Part shown: positions 29,509 through 42,270 of the stretch, in pieces | How the letters are laid out: each line of letters starts with the position of its first letter | How positions within the stretch are numbered: the first letter of the stretch is position 1 | Assembly (NCBI GenBank): GCA_965219415.1 | Contig: OZ244742.1 | Span: 1,088,001-1,152,000 of the forward strand | Length of the DNA stretch: 64,000 nt | Reading direction: 5' to 3' | Source of the DNA: Candidatus Marinacidobacterales bacterium | GTDB lineage: Bacteria; Acidobacteriota; Vicinamibacteria; Marinacidobacterales; DATDRI01 | Made by a program: the position numbers and the translations under genes | Notes under the pieces: model-generated | Databases searched by the model: none | What the model saw: the letters and a program-made list of their open reading frames with translations, nothing else | What the model was told of the DNA's origin: nothing

Positions 29509-30897
29509 GTGAGCGACTCCCCCACCGTCTCCACTCTCCGGCGCGGCGTGGGGTTTCACACCGCGCTGGCCACTTCTCTCGGCATCGTCGTCGCCTCGCT
29601 CACCATCGTTTCACTCAACCAGGGTTACGGCTTGGCGGGGCACCGGTTCACCTGGGCCGTGCTCATTGCCTACCTCATCATGATCTGCAACGCGCTCTCG
29701 TTCGCGGAGCTGAGCGCACTCGTTCCGCGCGCGAGCGGCATCAGCTCGTACACGTTACCCGCACTCGGTCCCTTCATGGCGATCATCGCCACGTTGTCTG
29801 GTTACGTTCTCGTGAACTTGCTGGCAGGGGGGGCGGAGGTTCTGGTTGGCGCTTTCGTGCTACACGACGTGTTGGGCATCGAAGTATCGGCCCGCGCGAT
29901 TGCCGTATTCGCGATCGCGGCGCTGACCGTCGTCAATTTCCTGGGGATCAAAGTCTACGGTGAGGTGCAGATCGTGCTTGCTTATTTCATGATCGCCTCT
30001 CTCGCGGTGATCGGCGCTATTGGAGTCTTGGAGCCGGCCACGGTTTCCACCGCGTCCACCGCGACGACGGATCCTGGAAGCCTTCTGAGTCTGGTCGCGC
30101 TCGCCATCTGGCTCTTCATCGGTGTGGACTACGTGTGTCCACTGGCCGAGGAGATGACCAATCCGCAACGAAACGTTCCTCTCGCCATGTTATCGGCTCT
30201 CACCATCATCTTGGTGGCCAGCCTCCTCTTCGGGCTGGCCGGCGCGCGACACGTAGCTCCGCAAGTGCTCGTCGATTCCCGCACCCCCCACGTCACCACC
30301 GCCCAGGCGGTCCTCGGGCCTTCGGGTGCATACTGGGTCGCCTTCATCAGCATCGCCGCGAGTGGTTCCACTCTCAACACCATCATTGCGGCCATTCCCC
30401 GGCTTCTTTTCGGGCTTGCACGTCAGGGTGCGGCACCGGCGGTGTTCGCCCGGCTCCATCCTCGGTTTCGAACGCCGTATGTGGGTATCTTCACGGTGGG
30501 TGGCGTGCTCCTCGCCACGGTGGCGTTCGGTCTGAGCTCCAAGGAAGGCATCGTTGTTTTTATTTTAGCGGCGACATTCTCTTATCTCATCACTTACGCT
30601 ACCGCGCACGTCGACGTCATGGTGCTGCGCGCCCGTTACCCCGAGGCAAAGCGACCGTTTCGCACGCCCTTGTTCCCCCTGCCCCAGCTTGTGGGCCTGG
30701 TCGGGGTTTTCTACCTGTTGACGAACATTTCTCCCGAGCCATCAATGACCGCGAGCGTGTACTTGCTCGGTGGTGGAATGGTCGCCGTGACCGCGCTTTA
30801 TGCCGCGCTTTGGATTCGCTTTCGCATGAAGCGTCCGCTTTTCGCGCCCGAGCCCTTGCAGCAAGACCTGCCCGACGAGAACAAAAAGGAGGGTTAA
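29509..30897 (+). CDS. APC-family amino acid/amine permease
   Basis: LSFAELS, LAEEMTNPQRNVP, LHPRFRTP and RPFRTP. Confidence 0.9.
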   Translation: MSDSPTVSTLRRGVGFHTALATSLGIVVASLTIVSLNQGYGLAGHRFTWAVLIAYLIMICNALSFAELSALVPRASGISSYTLPALGPFMAIIATLSGYVLVNLLAGGAEVLVGAFVLHDVLGIEVSARAIAVFAIAALTVVNFLGIKVYGEVQIVLAYFMIASLAVIGAIGVLEPATVSTASTATTDPGSLLSLVALAIWLFIGVDYVCPLAEEMTNPQRNVPLAMLSALTIILVASLLFGLAGARHVAPQVLVDSRTPHVTTAQAVLGPSGAYWVAFISIAASGSTLNTIIAAIPRLLFGLARQGAAPAVFARLHPRFRTPYVGIFTVGGVLLATVAFGLSSKEGIVVFILAATFSYLITYATAHVDVMVLRARYPEAKRPFRTPLFPLPQLVGLVGVFYLLTNISPEPSMTASVYLLGGGMVAVTALYAALWIRFRMKRPLFAPEPLQQDLPDENKKEG

Positions 30898-30948
30898 TCA
30901 CATGCCGGACACACCTCCCAGCAAGATCTGGCACCAAAGCATCATCAG

Positions 30949-31121
30949 ATGGCAACAAAGTGCTGTACGGGGCGCTCAATATTGGCGTGTCGAATTCAGA
31001 CAAAGGCGACACGGAGGCCCTCCTCGAAACAACATTCGCTGAGCTTCACCCCGAAGTCTCTCCGGACGGCCGTTGGCTTGCTTCCACGTCCGAAGAGAGC
31101 GGACCCAGGGAAGTCTGCGAC
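30949..31121 (+). pseudogene. Fragment of a PD40/TolB-repeat protein
   Basis: ALLETTFAELHPEVSPDGRWLASTSEESGPREV, truncated at the 15-bp repeat. Confidence 0.55.
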
Positions 31122-31827
31122 TGATTTGAATGGCGGATGGTGCAGTTCGGAGCTATCCGGTCTCGGTAAAAGGTATTTATAGAGTTTATAGAGTGTTACG
31201 TCGCGCTTTCGCCGCGCGCGTGGTGGGGCAATGTAGCGAAAACTCAGAGAAGCCCTGGTGCCCACGTCGTTCTATCCTCTTGTACTACAGTGATTTAAAG
31301 CCATCCGTCACGTGCTGGTCCCCGCACGCCTCATCGACGGGGGGTCGTTCGAGTTTATTTGCGAATTGACATTAAATTCGATTTTCTAAACGGCAATCTC
31401 AACCTCCTTGACGCCTGTAAGAGGGCCGTGTTGTAAACCCTCCGACGGAGGCTCTGCTCGTAAATCATTGTAGTGAAAAGCTCTTACGCCTCATCAATGG
31501 ACGCGTCGCCGACGGGAACACCTTTCCGACTATCGCAGTCGTAAGGCTCAAGTGGGGGCAAGTGGAGCTATTCGGGTCTTGGCAGCAAACAAGCAGTAAC
31601 GGTGCAAAACAGGTCATCAAAATGCAATTGGAGGCCATTTCGGAGCTGCATCGAGCGCTAATCGCTCAGTTAATGGGAAAACGCCGTCGTGTCCAAAAAC
31701 ATAAACGAACTCAAAACCCGCACGCCGCCGATGTCATCATCAGTAAGGGGCGATGCCGTTCGCCGACTGATGGAGACCAAGAGCGAGCGTGGCAGCCGCC
31801 GCGGGTTCGCTTACAGCGTGGTCTACC

Positions 31828-33489
31828 TTAAAGCGTTGCGATGAGGGCGCGCTGTTTCTCCCAATCGTCGGGGAGTGGATGATGCAAGAGGTAGCTCGAG
31901 GTCAGCCCAACGGGCTGACGGCCTTCGACAATGGCACGGACGATGTCGGGAGCCAGGAATGCATAACGGATTGCCTTGCGCACGCGGTCCGTTGGGATGG
32001 CGTCTTCGGTGGCAATCTGCTCATAGGTTTTGCCTGCTTTGATTCGGTCGAGCCAGGAGAGGGCGTTGGCGATATTGCGCAGGAGTGTGCGGTCGACGGA
32101 TTTCGTGGGGTTGCCCAGAACGAGCTTGGTCTCGACGCCGCGTCGACGCAAGCGGAACGGTGCGTGGATGCGGAGTGCGTCCTCGCGAATGCGGTCGGGT
32201 CCCATAGACAGGCAATCAGCGAACGTATTGCGGTCGAGCAGGATGGACACAGAGCCTGGGCTGATATCGACCCGCCGGATGAAACGGAGCAGGCAGGCTG
32301 CCGAGGTACTATCATCATTACTACCGGAACACAGCCCGTCTAAAAAGCGACGCACCGAGGCGAGCTCTTGCATCGTCGGAGTGTGGATCAACGAGGCCGA
32401 GAAGGTCGTGGCATCCACATGCTGTCGGATGAGATGCACGACGGTCTGTTCGAGCATCGGGGCGGGCAGTCGCCAGCCGGAGAAGTCCTTTTGGCCACTG
32501 TGCTGGATGAGGCGCCGGGAGACGTAGTAGCGGAGCCGTTGCCCGTTTTTCTTTTTGGTGTGGCTCGGCGTCAGCCGGTCCCCGGTCTCATCGAAGAGCT
32601 TGCCTGCCAGTGGGGAACGGGTTGCACGGCCCTTCGTCGTGCGTCTCCTTGGTTTGGCAGCCCCTGCCTGCAGCTGCGTTTGGACCGCGTCCCAGAGCTC
32701 CGGAGCAATGATCGATGGATGCTGGCCCTCGTAGACACGCCTCTGGTGCCGGATGCGGCCGGCGTAGAGAGGATTGGTCAGCAGGCAGTGGAGGTGTCCG
32801 CGACGAAACGGCAGCCCGCCCGTTAGGGTTCCATCCGCGGCGAAGCGTCGCTTGGTGCGCAGTCCCAGACGGTCCGCGTCGGCCTTCACCTGCCGGAGCG
32901 TTCCGTGCTTTCGGTACAGCGCATAGAGCGTCCGGACCGTTTCGGCCTCAGCCTCGTTGATGCGCAGCGTGCGCTCGTCCTTCTCATAGCCGAGCGGTAC
33001 GCGGCCGCCCATCCATAGTCCCTTGCGCTTGGAGGCAGCGACCTTATCGCGGATCCGCTCGGCCGTGACTTCTCGCTCGAATTGTGCGAAGGACAGCAGC
33101 ATATGCAGCGTCAGTCGTCCCATGCTGGTCGCGGTGTTGAAGGACTGAGTCACCGAGACGAAAACCGCGCCGGCCGCCTCGAGTCGCTCGACGAGCTTTG
33201 CAAAGTCGGAGAGGGAACGGGTCAGCCGGTCGACCTTGTAGACCACAATCTGCTCGACGAGACCGGCATCGATGTCGGCGAGCAAGCGCTGTAGGCCCGG
33301 GCGCTCCAGGGTTCCTCCCGAGATCCCCGCGTCCTCGTAGACGGTTGGCAGCAGCACCCAGCCCTCCGCTTTCTGGCTTGCGACATACGCGGCGCAGGCC
33401 TCTCGCTGCGCATCGAGGGAGTTGAAATCCTGTTCGAGACCCTCTTCAGCGCTCTTTCGGGTATAGATGGCGCAGCGGATTTTTGTCAT
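31828..33489 (-). CDS. Large serine recombinase
   Basis: AIYTRKS, SLDAQ, YKVDRLTRS, AQFERE and a recombinase domain. Confidence 0.92.
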   Translation of the reverse strand: MTKIRCAIYTRKSAEEGLEQDFNSLDAQREACAAYVASQKAEGWVLLPTVYEDAGISGGTLERPGLQRLLADIDAGLVEQIVVYKVDRLTRSLSDFAKLVERLEAAGAVFVSVTQSFNTATSMGRLTLHMLLSFAQFEREVTAERIRDKVAASKRKGLWMGGRVPLGYEKDERTLRINEAEAETVRTLYALYRKHGTLRQVKADADRLGLRTKRRFAADGTLTGGLPFRRGHLHCLLTNPLYAGRIRHQRRVYEGQHPSIIAPELWDAVQTQLQAGAAKPRRRTTKGRATRSPLAGKLFDETGDRLTPSHTKKKNGQRLRYYVSRRLIQHSGQKDFSGWRLPAPMLEQTVVHLIRQHVDATTFSASLIHTPTMQELASVRRFLDGLCSGSNDDSTSAACLLRFIRRVDISPGSVSILLDRNTFADCLSMGPDRIREDALRIHAPFRLRRRGVETKLVLGNPTKSVDRTLLRNIANALSWLDRIKAGKTYEQIATEDAIPTDRVRKAIRYAFLAPDIVRAIVEGRQPVGLTSSYLLHHPLPDDWEKQRALIATL

Positions 33490-33490
33490 G

Positions 33491-33925
33491 TCAGGCCTTG
33501 CGCTTGGGCGTCAGACCGAAAAAGCGTGGTCCTGACCAGTGTGTGCCGGTGATTCGCTTTGTGATGGTGGTGAGGGACGGGTAGGTTTTGCCGTCGAACC
33601 GATAGCCGTTATCGAGTACCTCGACCTGGTAGGTGCGGCCATTCCACTTGCGGACGAGATAGGTGCCGGCAGAAACGGACCCTGCGGGAGCAGAGTGTTT
33701 TGGTGTGCCGTTCGCCATGGCGGCCAGAGCGCGTCGGGTTGCAGCCGAATGCCCCCCATGGGTCCGGCATTGGCGTTCGTACGCAAGAACGCGGCGCAGG
33801 AGAGCGCGTGAGAGCGAGCTTGGTGGAGCGGACCCAAAGGTCTGCTCCCAGGCCCGCCGCAGGCTGGCGAGGTCCAAACCGTCCAGAACGACCCTCCGGC
33901 CAGCTCTTGTATCCTGCGGCATCAC
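33491..33925 (-). CDS. DUF2924-like protein
   Basis: GTYLVRKWNG and ITGTHWSGPRFFGL, in its usual position upstream of a serine recombinase. Confidence 0.85.
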   Translation of the reverse strand: MMPQDTRAGRRVVLDGLDLASLRRAWEQTFGSAPPSSLSRALLRRVLAYERQCRTHGGHSAATRRALAAMANGTPKHSAPAGSVSAGTYLVRKWNGRTYQVEVLDNGYRFDGKTYPSLTTITKRITGTHWSGPRFFGLTPKRKA

Positions 33926-34315
33926 CGGACGTTCGCTCTTTTGCGCCGTAAAGTCCAGTCCAATGGGCGCTTCCGCGGGTGCGCAGTTCGCGGCCTGCAG
34001 CTCGTCCTGCAGCCGATTTGAGCCAGCCAGCCGTGCGTACCCCAGTGGGCCTGTCGCCCGCCACCCGCAGCCCAGGGGTCGGAAGCCAGCCTTGGCGCGA
34101 AATACCCCGGATTCTGCGCGGATTCCAAGGGCGTCTAAGCTGCTGATTTGTGGTCTATTTCAAAAGAGTCGAGTCTTGGCACAGGACGGGATGGCGGAGA
34201 ATTCCTACCAACGGCGCGATATGAGCCTTCCTCAGCTCATGGTCGATCCGGCCCTGAAATCACTAGCCGAGGAGCTGGGGATGGTCGAACTCCAAGGCAA
34301 AATGAGGCTCTAGAC

Positions 34316-34390
34316 CTACTCGTAGCGAAGCGCGGTGACCGGAGCGACACTGGCCGCCCGGCGTGCCGAGAGGTAGCTCGCCAACATCGT
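34316..34390 (-). pseudogene. 3' remnant of an ABC permease (ADOP/FtsX-like)
   Basis: Reads MLASYLSARRAASVAPVTALRYE-stop. Confidence 0.6.
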
Positions 34391-34511
34391 GGTTCCACCA
34401 TCCGCATCGTTGGCTGCGGACGCCGGTGTCAAACCGTAGACTTTGCAAAGAGTTATCCATCTGTAGCTCTTTTTTACAATGGCGGCCGGAAAACGTTCCT
34501 ATAATGACGGT

Positions 34512-34989
34512 ATGGGAAAGCTTCTTTTGCTGTTCGTCATCGTCCCCGCCGCGGAGCTCGCTCTTCTCATCCAAGCGGGAATCTATCTCGGTACGTGGCT
34601 GACGCTCGCCTTGATCGTCTTCACCGGCATCGTGGGTGCGTATCTGGCACGGCGGCAAGGTCTCTCGGTTTTGACCCGCGCTCAGAAGCAGATGGCCCGT
34701 GGCGAGGTCCCCGCGGGCTCGCTTGCGGACGGCGTCATGATCCTCGTCGCGGGCGCACTGCTGATGACACCGGGGATCTTCACCGACGCATTCGGCTTCT
34801 CGTTGCTCGTGCCCGGCTTCCGCAACCCTCATCAAAGACACCTTGCTGGCGCGCTTCCGTAAAGCGGTCGAAGAAAATCGATTGCACGTGCACGTCTCCG
34901 GGATGGGATTCGAGGCCGACTCGGGCCCGGTGGTGGACAGCCGACCCGAGAGCTTCGAGCCCAATCCGCCGAAATACAAAGTGCATTGA
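34512..34989 (+). CDS. fxsA: FxsA family membrane protein (frameshift near 34828)
   Basis: VPAAELALLI, ARRQG and ALLMTPGIFTD. Confidence 0.85.
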
Positions 34990-35129
34990 CCGCGTCGTGT
35001 CCAAAAATACAAACGAACTCTAAGACCCGCGCGACGGGCCGTCGCCGAGTTCATCTATCATTATCATGGAGAGCACAACCATCAAGGGCTGGGTGCTTCC
35101 GCCATTAAGTGTTGGTGAGATGACGCTAA

Positions 35130-35246
35130 CTGCTTTAAACTCGTCATCAAACTCCCGGCAGGGTCGCCGGGGCTGCGTTGTCTTTGCCATTGTGGACATC
35201 GTATCCACCTTTCAGAAAGTGTGTCCACGAAACTGGATCAAGCCCA
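35130..35246 (-). mobile_element. IS3 left-end remnant
   Basis: TGGGCTTGATCCAGTTTCGTGGACAC followed by the orfA start MSTMAKTTQPRRPCREFDDEFKA. Confidence 0.75.
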
Positions 35247-36452
35247 TTGAGATTCTCAATGGCGTTCGTCGTGGCAAGAGACTGGCGAAGTAAGGCGGGC
35301 AGCGCGAGCTTCACGACCGTGAGTGTCTCTTCCATCCCTTCACGAAGGCTTCCGGCAGCTTCGTCGTAGCCGTTTCGCTCGAGCCACGACACCAATGCCT
35401 GAAGTCGCTTGCGCGCCTTGTCGGCACTCTTGCACTTGTAGGCTTCCTTCATCGTCTGGAGCACGTAGGCGTGACGAGACTTGGGAAGGTACGAGCGAAG
35501 ATTCCGGAGTTTATGGATCTGGCACCTTTGGATGACCGCGAGGTCCCCCAAAACGTCGACGAGTGCCTTGCGGATGCCTTTGCCTCCGTCCACTACGCAG
35601 AGAATCGACTCATCGACGCGCAAGCCCCGCTCGAGAAGGTCCTGCAACATCGCGGTGCACACCCGAGAGTTCTCCGTCGAGCCCAGCCATATACCCAGGG
35701 GCACCTTCGTTCCATCTATTGTGATACCTAGAGTTACGACGACGGTCTGTCCGGCCACCTCAAGGCCATCCAGCATCAGTGCCGCAAGCTCGAACTCCTC
35801 TAGCCGCCGAGACAGGTATTCCTCGAGCTTCTTAGTCGTCTGGCTCACGAGGTGACGGCTGGCGGCACTCTTACTCGTGCCACGAGACTTCAACTTGGCC
35901 GCGGGTTTGTCCAGACTCGATTCGTAATTTCGGGTCGATACCCCCACCAAGATCTGATTCAACGCTCGCTCTGGAAGCGGGTCTTCTTCGCGGAAGGCTT
36001 CGAAGTGTGGAAGCGACGCCTCCTCGCCCGACTTCGAGCGAACTCGAGGTCGCGACACTTGGATGCGACGACCACCGAAGCTCAGCTCTCCGTTCGTGCT
36101 CCCCCAGTGGTTATGAGTTCGCTCCTTCTCGTGCTTGCCCTTGAGCCCCGCGATCTCCTCGGCGTCCTCTCTGAGCAGTAGGTGCAGAGCTGTCAGTCTT
36201 TGCTCGTACACCCATTCCGTCAGTTCCGCCTTCGTGGCCGCGATCCCAGCTATCATCGGTAGCAGTATCTGACCGACTTGGCCAACTACCTTGCCCGTAG
36301 GCGAGTGCGTTTGCTTTCTTACTGGCTTCTTTGATTTCCTAGGCATTGGTGGCTCCTTGTCCCCCTCTGGAGACGGTTGTTTGGCAGACCTATTCTTAGG
36401 CCGGCCAAGGAGCCGCCGCTACCCCAAATTCAACGTCCGGCGGGACATCCCC
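35247..36452 (-). mobile_element. IS256 copy 3, truncated at its 3' end by the IS3 remnant
   Basis: Left IR at 36452. The transposase is open from 36346 to NLN, where identity to the other copies stops. Confidence 0.92.
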
Positions 36453-36769
36453 ATAATCAAGGTCTCAAAGCTTTAGCCGCCGCAGAGCGATTTTCGTCGA
36501 AGTCGACGAAAACCAGAAGACTCGAAGAGTACTGGTCCGAGTATCTGAAACTAATCGAAGACATCGCAAACGAACGGGACTACACAGCTTCGCTCAAGAG
36601 AGCGCTGGAGGGGTTTGCACGTCGAAATGCAGACAAAAGACTAACCGACGACGGTCTAGTTGTTGAGGGTACTGGAGGCGAACCGGTGAACTGGGACTTC
36701 AGGTTGGCTTCTATCACTTTTTTTTGTCAGCGTCACCGGGGATTGGACCTAACCCAACGGCGTCGATGA
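36453..36769 (+). pseudogene. C-terminal remnant of a hypothetical protein cut by IS256
   Basis: Protein-like open frame starting at the IS end. Confidence 0.4.
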
Positions 36770-36776
36770 AAGGCCT

Positions 36777-38410
<1,634 letters not shown>

Positions 38411-38630
38411 GTAGGAAAACGATCGCATGGGAGAAGCCGGCGAGGCGAGGACACGCCGGGGGACCAGCGAAGAAAAGCAAAGGGTTTAGAGAGGAAGCCC
38501 GCCGCTACCTGCACCGAGTAATAGAGGAGTTGTATCGCGAAGTCTAAGGAAAAAAGCCCTCAATTGCCGTCTCGAAGGGGGCGCGTGATATTGGAACTCG
38601 GTCCGGACCGAGTTCCCCTGCTCCTGGTCC

Positions 38631-40133
38631 CTACTCAACCCAATCAAAAGTGCGTTCCACGGCTTTGAGCCATCCCTTGTAGAGCTTTTCTCGCTTGTCT
38701 GAGTCCATCTCTGGCTGCCAGGCCTTGTCCATCGCCCAGTTAGTACGGAGCTCGGACTCATCCTTCCAAAATCCCACCGCTAATCCTGCTGCGTAGGCGG
38801 CGCCGAGGGCCGTCGTTTCATTCACCTTGGGGCGGACGACGGGGACGCCGAGGATGTCGGCTTGGAACTGCATGAGCATCTCGTTAACGACCATGCCACC
38901 GTCCACCTTGAGTTCCTTGAGGTCGACTCCGGAATCCTTGTGCATGGCTTCCAGCACTTCTCTGGTTTGGTAGGCGCTGGCTTCGAGGGCGGCGCGGGCA
39001 AAGTGACCCATGTTGACATAGCGGGTGAGGCCGACGATGGCGCCGCGGGCGTCGGTCTTCCAATAGGGTGCGAAGAGTCCAGAAAATGCGGGGACGAAGT
39101 AGATGCCACCGCTGTCTTCGACGGTCGCGGCCAGGGGTTCGATATCGGCTGAGTCTTGGATGAGTCCGAGGTTGTCGCGGAGCCACTGAATCAAAGCCCC
39201 GGTAATGGCGACCGATCCTTCGAGGGCATAGTGGGCGGGTTGTTGGTCGATTTGATAACCGACCGTCGTGAGGAGGCCGCTCTTCGAGGGAACGATGTCA
39301 GTGCCGGTGTTGAGGAGCATGAAGCAACCGGTTCCGTAGGTATTTTTGGCCTCTCCGATGTCGTAGCAAGTCTGGCCGTAGAGCGCAGCTTGTTGGTCAC
39401 CGAGATTGCCGCAAACGGGGACCTCGCCACCGACCGGGCCGTCGGCAGACGTCTTTCCGTAGAAGTTGGGATCGCTGGAGGGGCGGATCTCGGGAAGCAT
39501 CTGGCGAGGTATCCCCAAGACTTCGAGAATGTCGTCGTCCCAGTCGAGCGCCTTCAGGTCCATGAGCAACGTGCGGCTGGCGTTGGTGACATCGGTGATG
39601 TGAGCTCCGCCGGTGAGCTGCCAGATGATCCAAGTATCGATGGTGCCGAAGATCGCGTCTCCTTCTTCGGCGGCGACCCGGAGACCATCGACGTGCTCGA
39701 GAAGCCACTTGAGCTTCGGCCCGGAGAAGTACGTACTGAGGGGGAGGCCGGTCTTTTCGCGGAAGCGATCCTGGCCACCTTCGTCTAAGGCTAGCTCGTG
39801 GCAGATGCGGCTGGTGCGTGTGTCTTGCCAGACGACGGCAGGGTGGTAAGGCTTGCCGGTTGTCTTGTTCCAGACGAGAGTGGTTTCGCGTTGGTTGGTG
39901 ATGCCTATCGCCACCAAGTCCTTGGCTTCGACATTTCCCTTTTCCATGGCGCCACGGATGACGTCTTGGGTGCGTTCCCAGATCTCCATCGGATCGTGCT
40001 CGACCCAACCAGGCTTCGGAAAGATCTGCTGGTGCTCGAGCTGATGGGAAGCGAGGATATTGGCTTGACGGTCGAAGATCATGAAGCGGGTGCTGGTCGT
40101 GCCTTGGTCGATGGCTCCCACGTATTTGGGCAT
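38631..40133 (-). CDS. glpK: Glycerol kinase
   Basis: [32 protein letters not shown] and VDGG. Confidence 0.97.
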   Translation of the reverse strand: MPKYVGAIDQGTTSTRFMIFDRQANILASHQLEHQQIFPKPGWVEHDPMEIWERTQDVIRGAMEKGNVEAKDLVAIGITNQRETTLVWNKTTGKPYHPAVVWQDTRTSRICHELALDEGGQDRFREKTGLPLSTYFSGPKLKWLLEHVDGLRVAAEEGDAIFGTIDTWIIWQLTGGAHITDVTNASRTLLMDLKALDWDDDILEVLGIPRQMLPEIRPSSDPNFYGKTSADGPVGGEVPVCGNLGDQQAALYGQTCYDIGEAKNTYGTGCFMLLNTGTDIVPSKSGLLTTVGYQIDQQPAHYALEGSVAITGALIQWLRDNLGLIQDSADIEPLAATVEDSGGIYFVPAFSGLFAPYWKTDARGAIVGLTRYVNMGHFARAALEASAYQTREVLEAMHKDSGVDLKELKVDGGMVVNEMLMQFQADILGVPVVRPKVNETTALGAAYAAGLAVGFWKDESELRTNWAMDKAWQPEMDSDKREKLYKGWLKAVERTFDWVE

Positions 40134-40203
40134 CGGTTCTTTACTCAGGCTATTGCGGCCCGCATAGTGGCCGCGTAATATCCAGCGTGAAAAAGGAGGA
40201 ATC

Positions 40204-42204
40204 GTGAGAAGAACCCTCTTGCTCCTATGTCTCGCACCCTGTCTCCTCGCTGCCGCGAAACGCCCGTTGACGATTGACGATACGCTCGAGATGGTCCGCT
40301 TGGATGACGTGCTGATATCGCCGGATGGTGACCGGGTATTCTACTCCGAGCAGCACCTGGACTGGGACGAGAACAAGTTCGTGAAGAAGTTCTTCATGAT
40401 TCCCGCGAGAGGCGGTGACGCGGTCGAGTTCGTCAAGGAGGATGGTGGAGAGAGCTTTCAGTTTTCGCCAGACGGGAGTTATTTGTCCTTCTTGCGTGAA
40501 GTGAAAAAAGAGATGCAAGTCTTTCTGATCTTCCTTGCAGGAGGCGAAGCTATGCAGCTCACCAAGCATAAGGGCGGTATCGAGGACTACCGGTGGGCAC
40601 GCGGGGGGCATCGTATCTTCTTCCTTGCCGAAGAGACTCTGAGCGATGAGAAACAAAAGGAGTGAGACAAAGGAGCCGATCCGGTGTTCGTTGACGAAGG
40701 GCCGAACGGTAAGTCGGCCGGGAGGTGGAAGAACCTCTGGATGTTCGATGTCGCGGCGAAGGAAGATGTCCGCCTAACAGATGAGTCTTTCATCGTTAAT
40801 GACTTCGACGTCTCACCCGATGGAAATCGCGTCGTCTTCAACGCACGTCCCGACAACCGTCGGAATTACCCTTTTCTCTCAGAGCTTTACCTAATCGACA
40901 CGCGGCAGCCCGGGTTGCGGAGGCTAACGGAGAACGAAGCCCCCGAACAAAAGCCGGCATGGGCACCGGACGGGAAGACAATTGCTTACCACGCTCCCGA
41001 CGACAAAGTCTTCGAGCTCACCAATGGTTTCGTTTGGATCATGAACCCAGACACCGGTGATGAAAAAAGGCTCCAGGGGCAAAATCTAGGGGAGATCGAC
41101 GACTTGGTGTGGATGCCGGATGGGAAGTCTCTGATCTTCAACGAGTCGCGGCGTACCAACGCGAATCTCTACCGGATCGATTTAGGAACGGATGAAGTGA
41201 CTCCATTGACGAATGCGGCCGGGACGCTACGCACGCGTGGGTTCTCGGCGGATCGCACCCGCATGGTGTATACGTTTGCGGATTTCGACACGCCGCCCGA
41301 TCTATACGCATCCGGCTTGGCGGGTGCCGATCCGGTGCGTCTCACGCGAGCGAATCCTTGGATCGAAGAGGAAATTCAACTCGGGAGAGGACAAGTGCTG
41401 CGATGGAAGAGTAAAGACGGCACCGAGATGGAAGGAGTTTTGCTCTTACCGGACGGCTACGAGGAAGGCGCGAGGATTCCGCTCATGCTCCAGATCCACG
41501 GGGGTCCGTCCGGGTATTGGGCCAATGATTTCGAGCTCGCTTTTCATCTGTTTGCGGGGCTCGGTTACGCATCGCTCGGCCCCAACGTCAGGGGCAGCAG
41601 CGGGTACGGGATTCTGCGGGGTCTGATGGGTGACGTGGGCGGCGGAGAGTTCGACGACCTGATGAGCGGTGTGGATCACGTGATCCAATCGGGGTTCGCG
41701 GATCCGGATCGCATGGGAGCACGCGGATGGAGTTGGGGAGGTGTGCTCGGCGGTTGGGTCGTAACGCATACCGATCGCTTCAAGGCCGCGTCGCTCGGCG
41801 CGATGGTTTGCGATTGGATCGCGGAGTCCGGCCCGGGGTTCAACTTCGACGTCACGCTTTGGTATATCGGCGGGACGCATTGGGACAATCCGGAAGAATG
41901 GCGTAGGCGTTCGGCTCTGACCTACGTCAAAAACGTCACGACACCGACTCTGCTCCTGCACGGTGGAGCCGATACGACGAGTAGCACCAATCAAAGCTTG
42001 ATTTTCTTCACCGCGCTCCGCGACCAAGGGATTCCTACCCGATTCATCAAGTTCCCTCGCCAGAAGCACGGCATTGAGGAGCCTCGGCTAAGACGTATCC
42101 GCGGCGTCGAGGAGGTCCGGTGGATGCAGAAGTATGTCCTCGGCGAAGAGTGGACGCCGTGGGTGCGCGACGAACCGGAGACAGCCGGCGAGGCGTCCCA
42201 CTGA
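40204..42204 (+). pseudogene. S9-family peptidase with in-frame TGA at 40663-40665
   Basis: The two ORFs are in the same frame. SPDG repeats, IHGGP, GWSWGG, HGGAD and KHGI. Confidence 0.85.
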
Positions 42205-42270
42205 AGATCCGGACGAAGCTGGTACCATGGTCGAGGGAGTCTTCCAAAGATTCTCCGACATGAGCCAGCT

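Noticed and set aside
33922-34128. Small ORF upstream of DUF2924
   Set aside because: No recognisable motif or RBS. Probably the non-coding end of the module.
40663-40665. In-frame TGA as selenocysteine or recoded Trp
   Set aside because: Non-catalytic position, no evident SECIS hairpin, and TGA is used as a normal stop elsewhere. A TGG-to-TGA change or an error is simpler.
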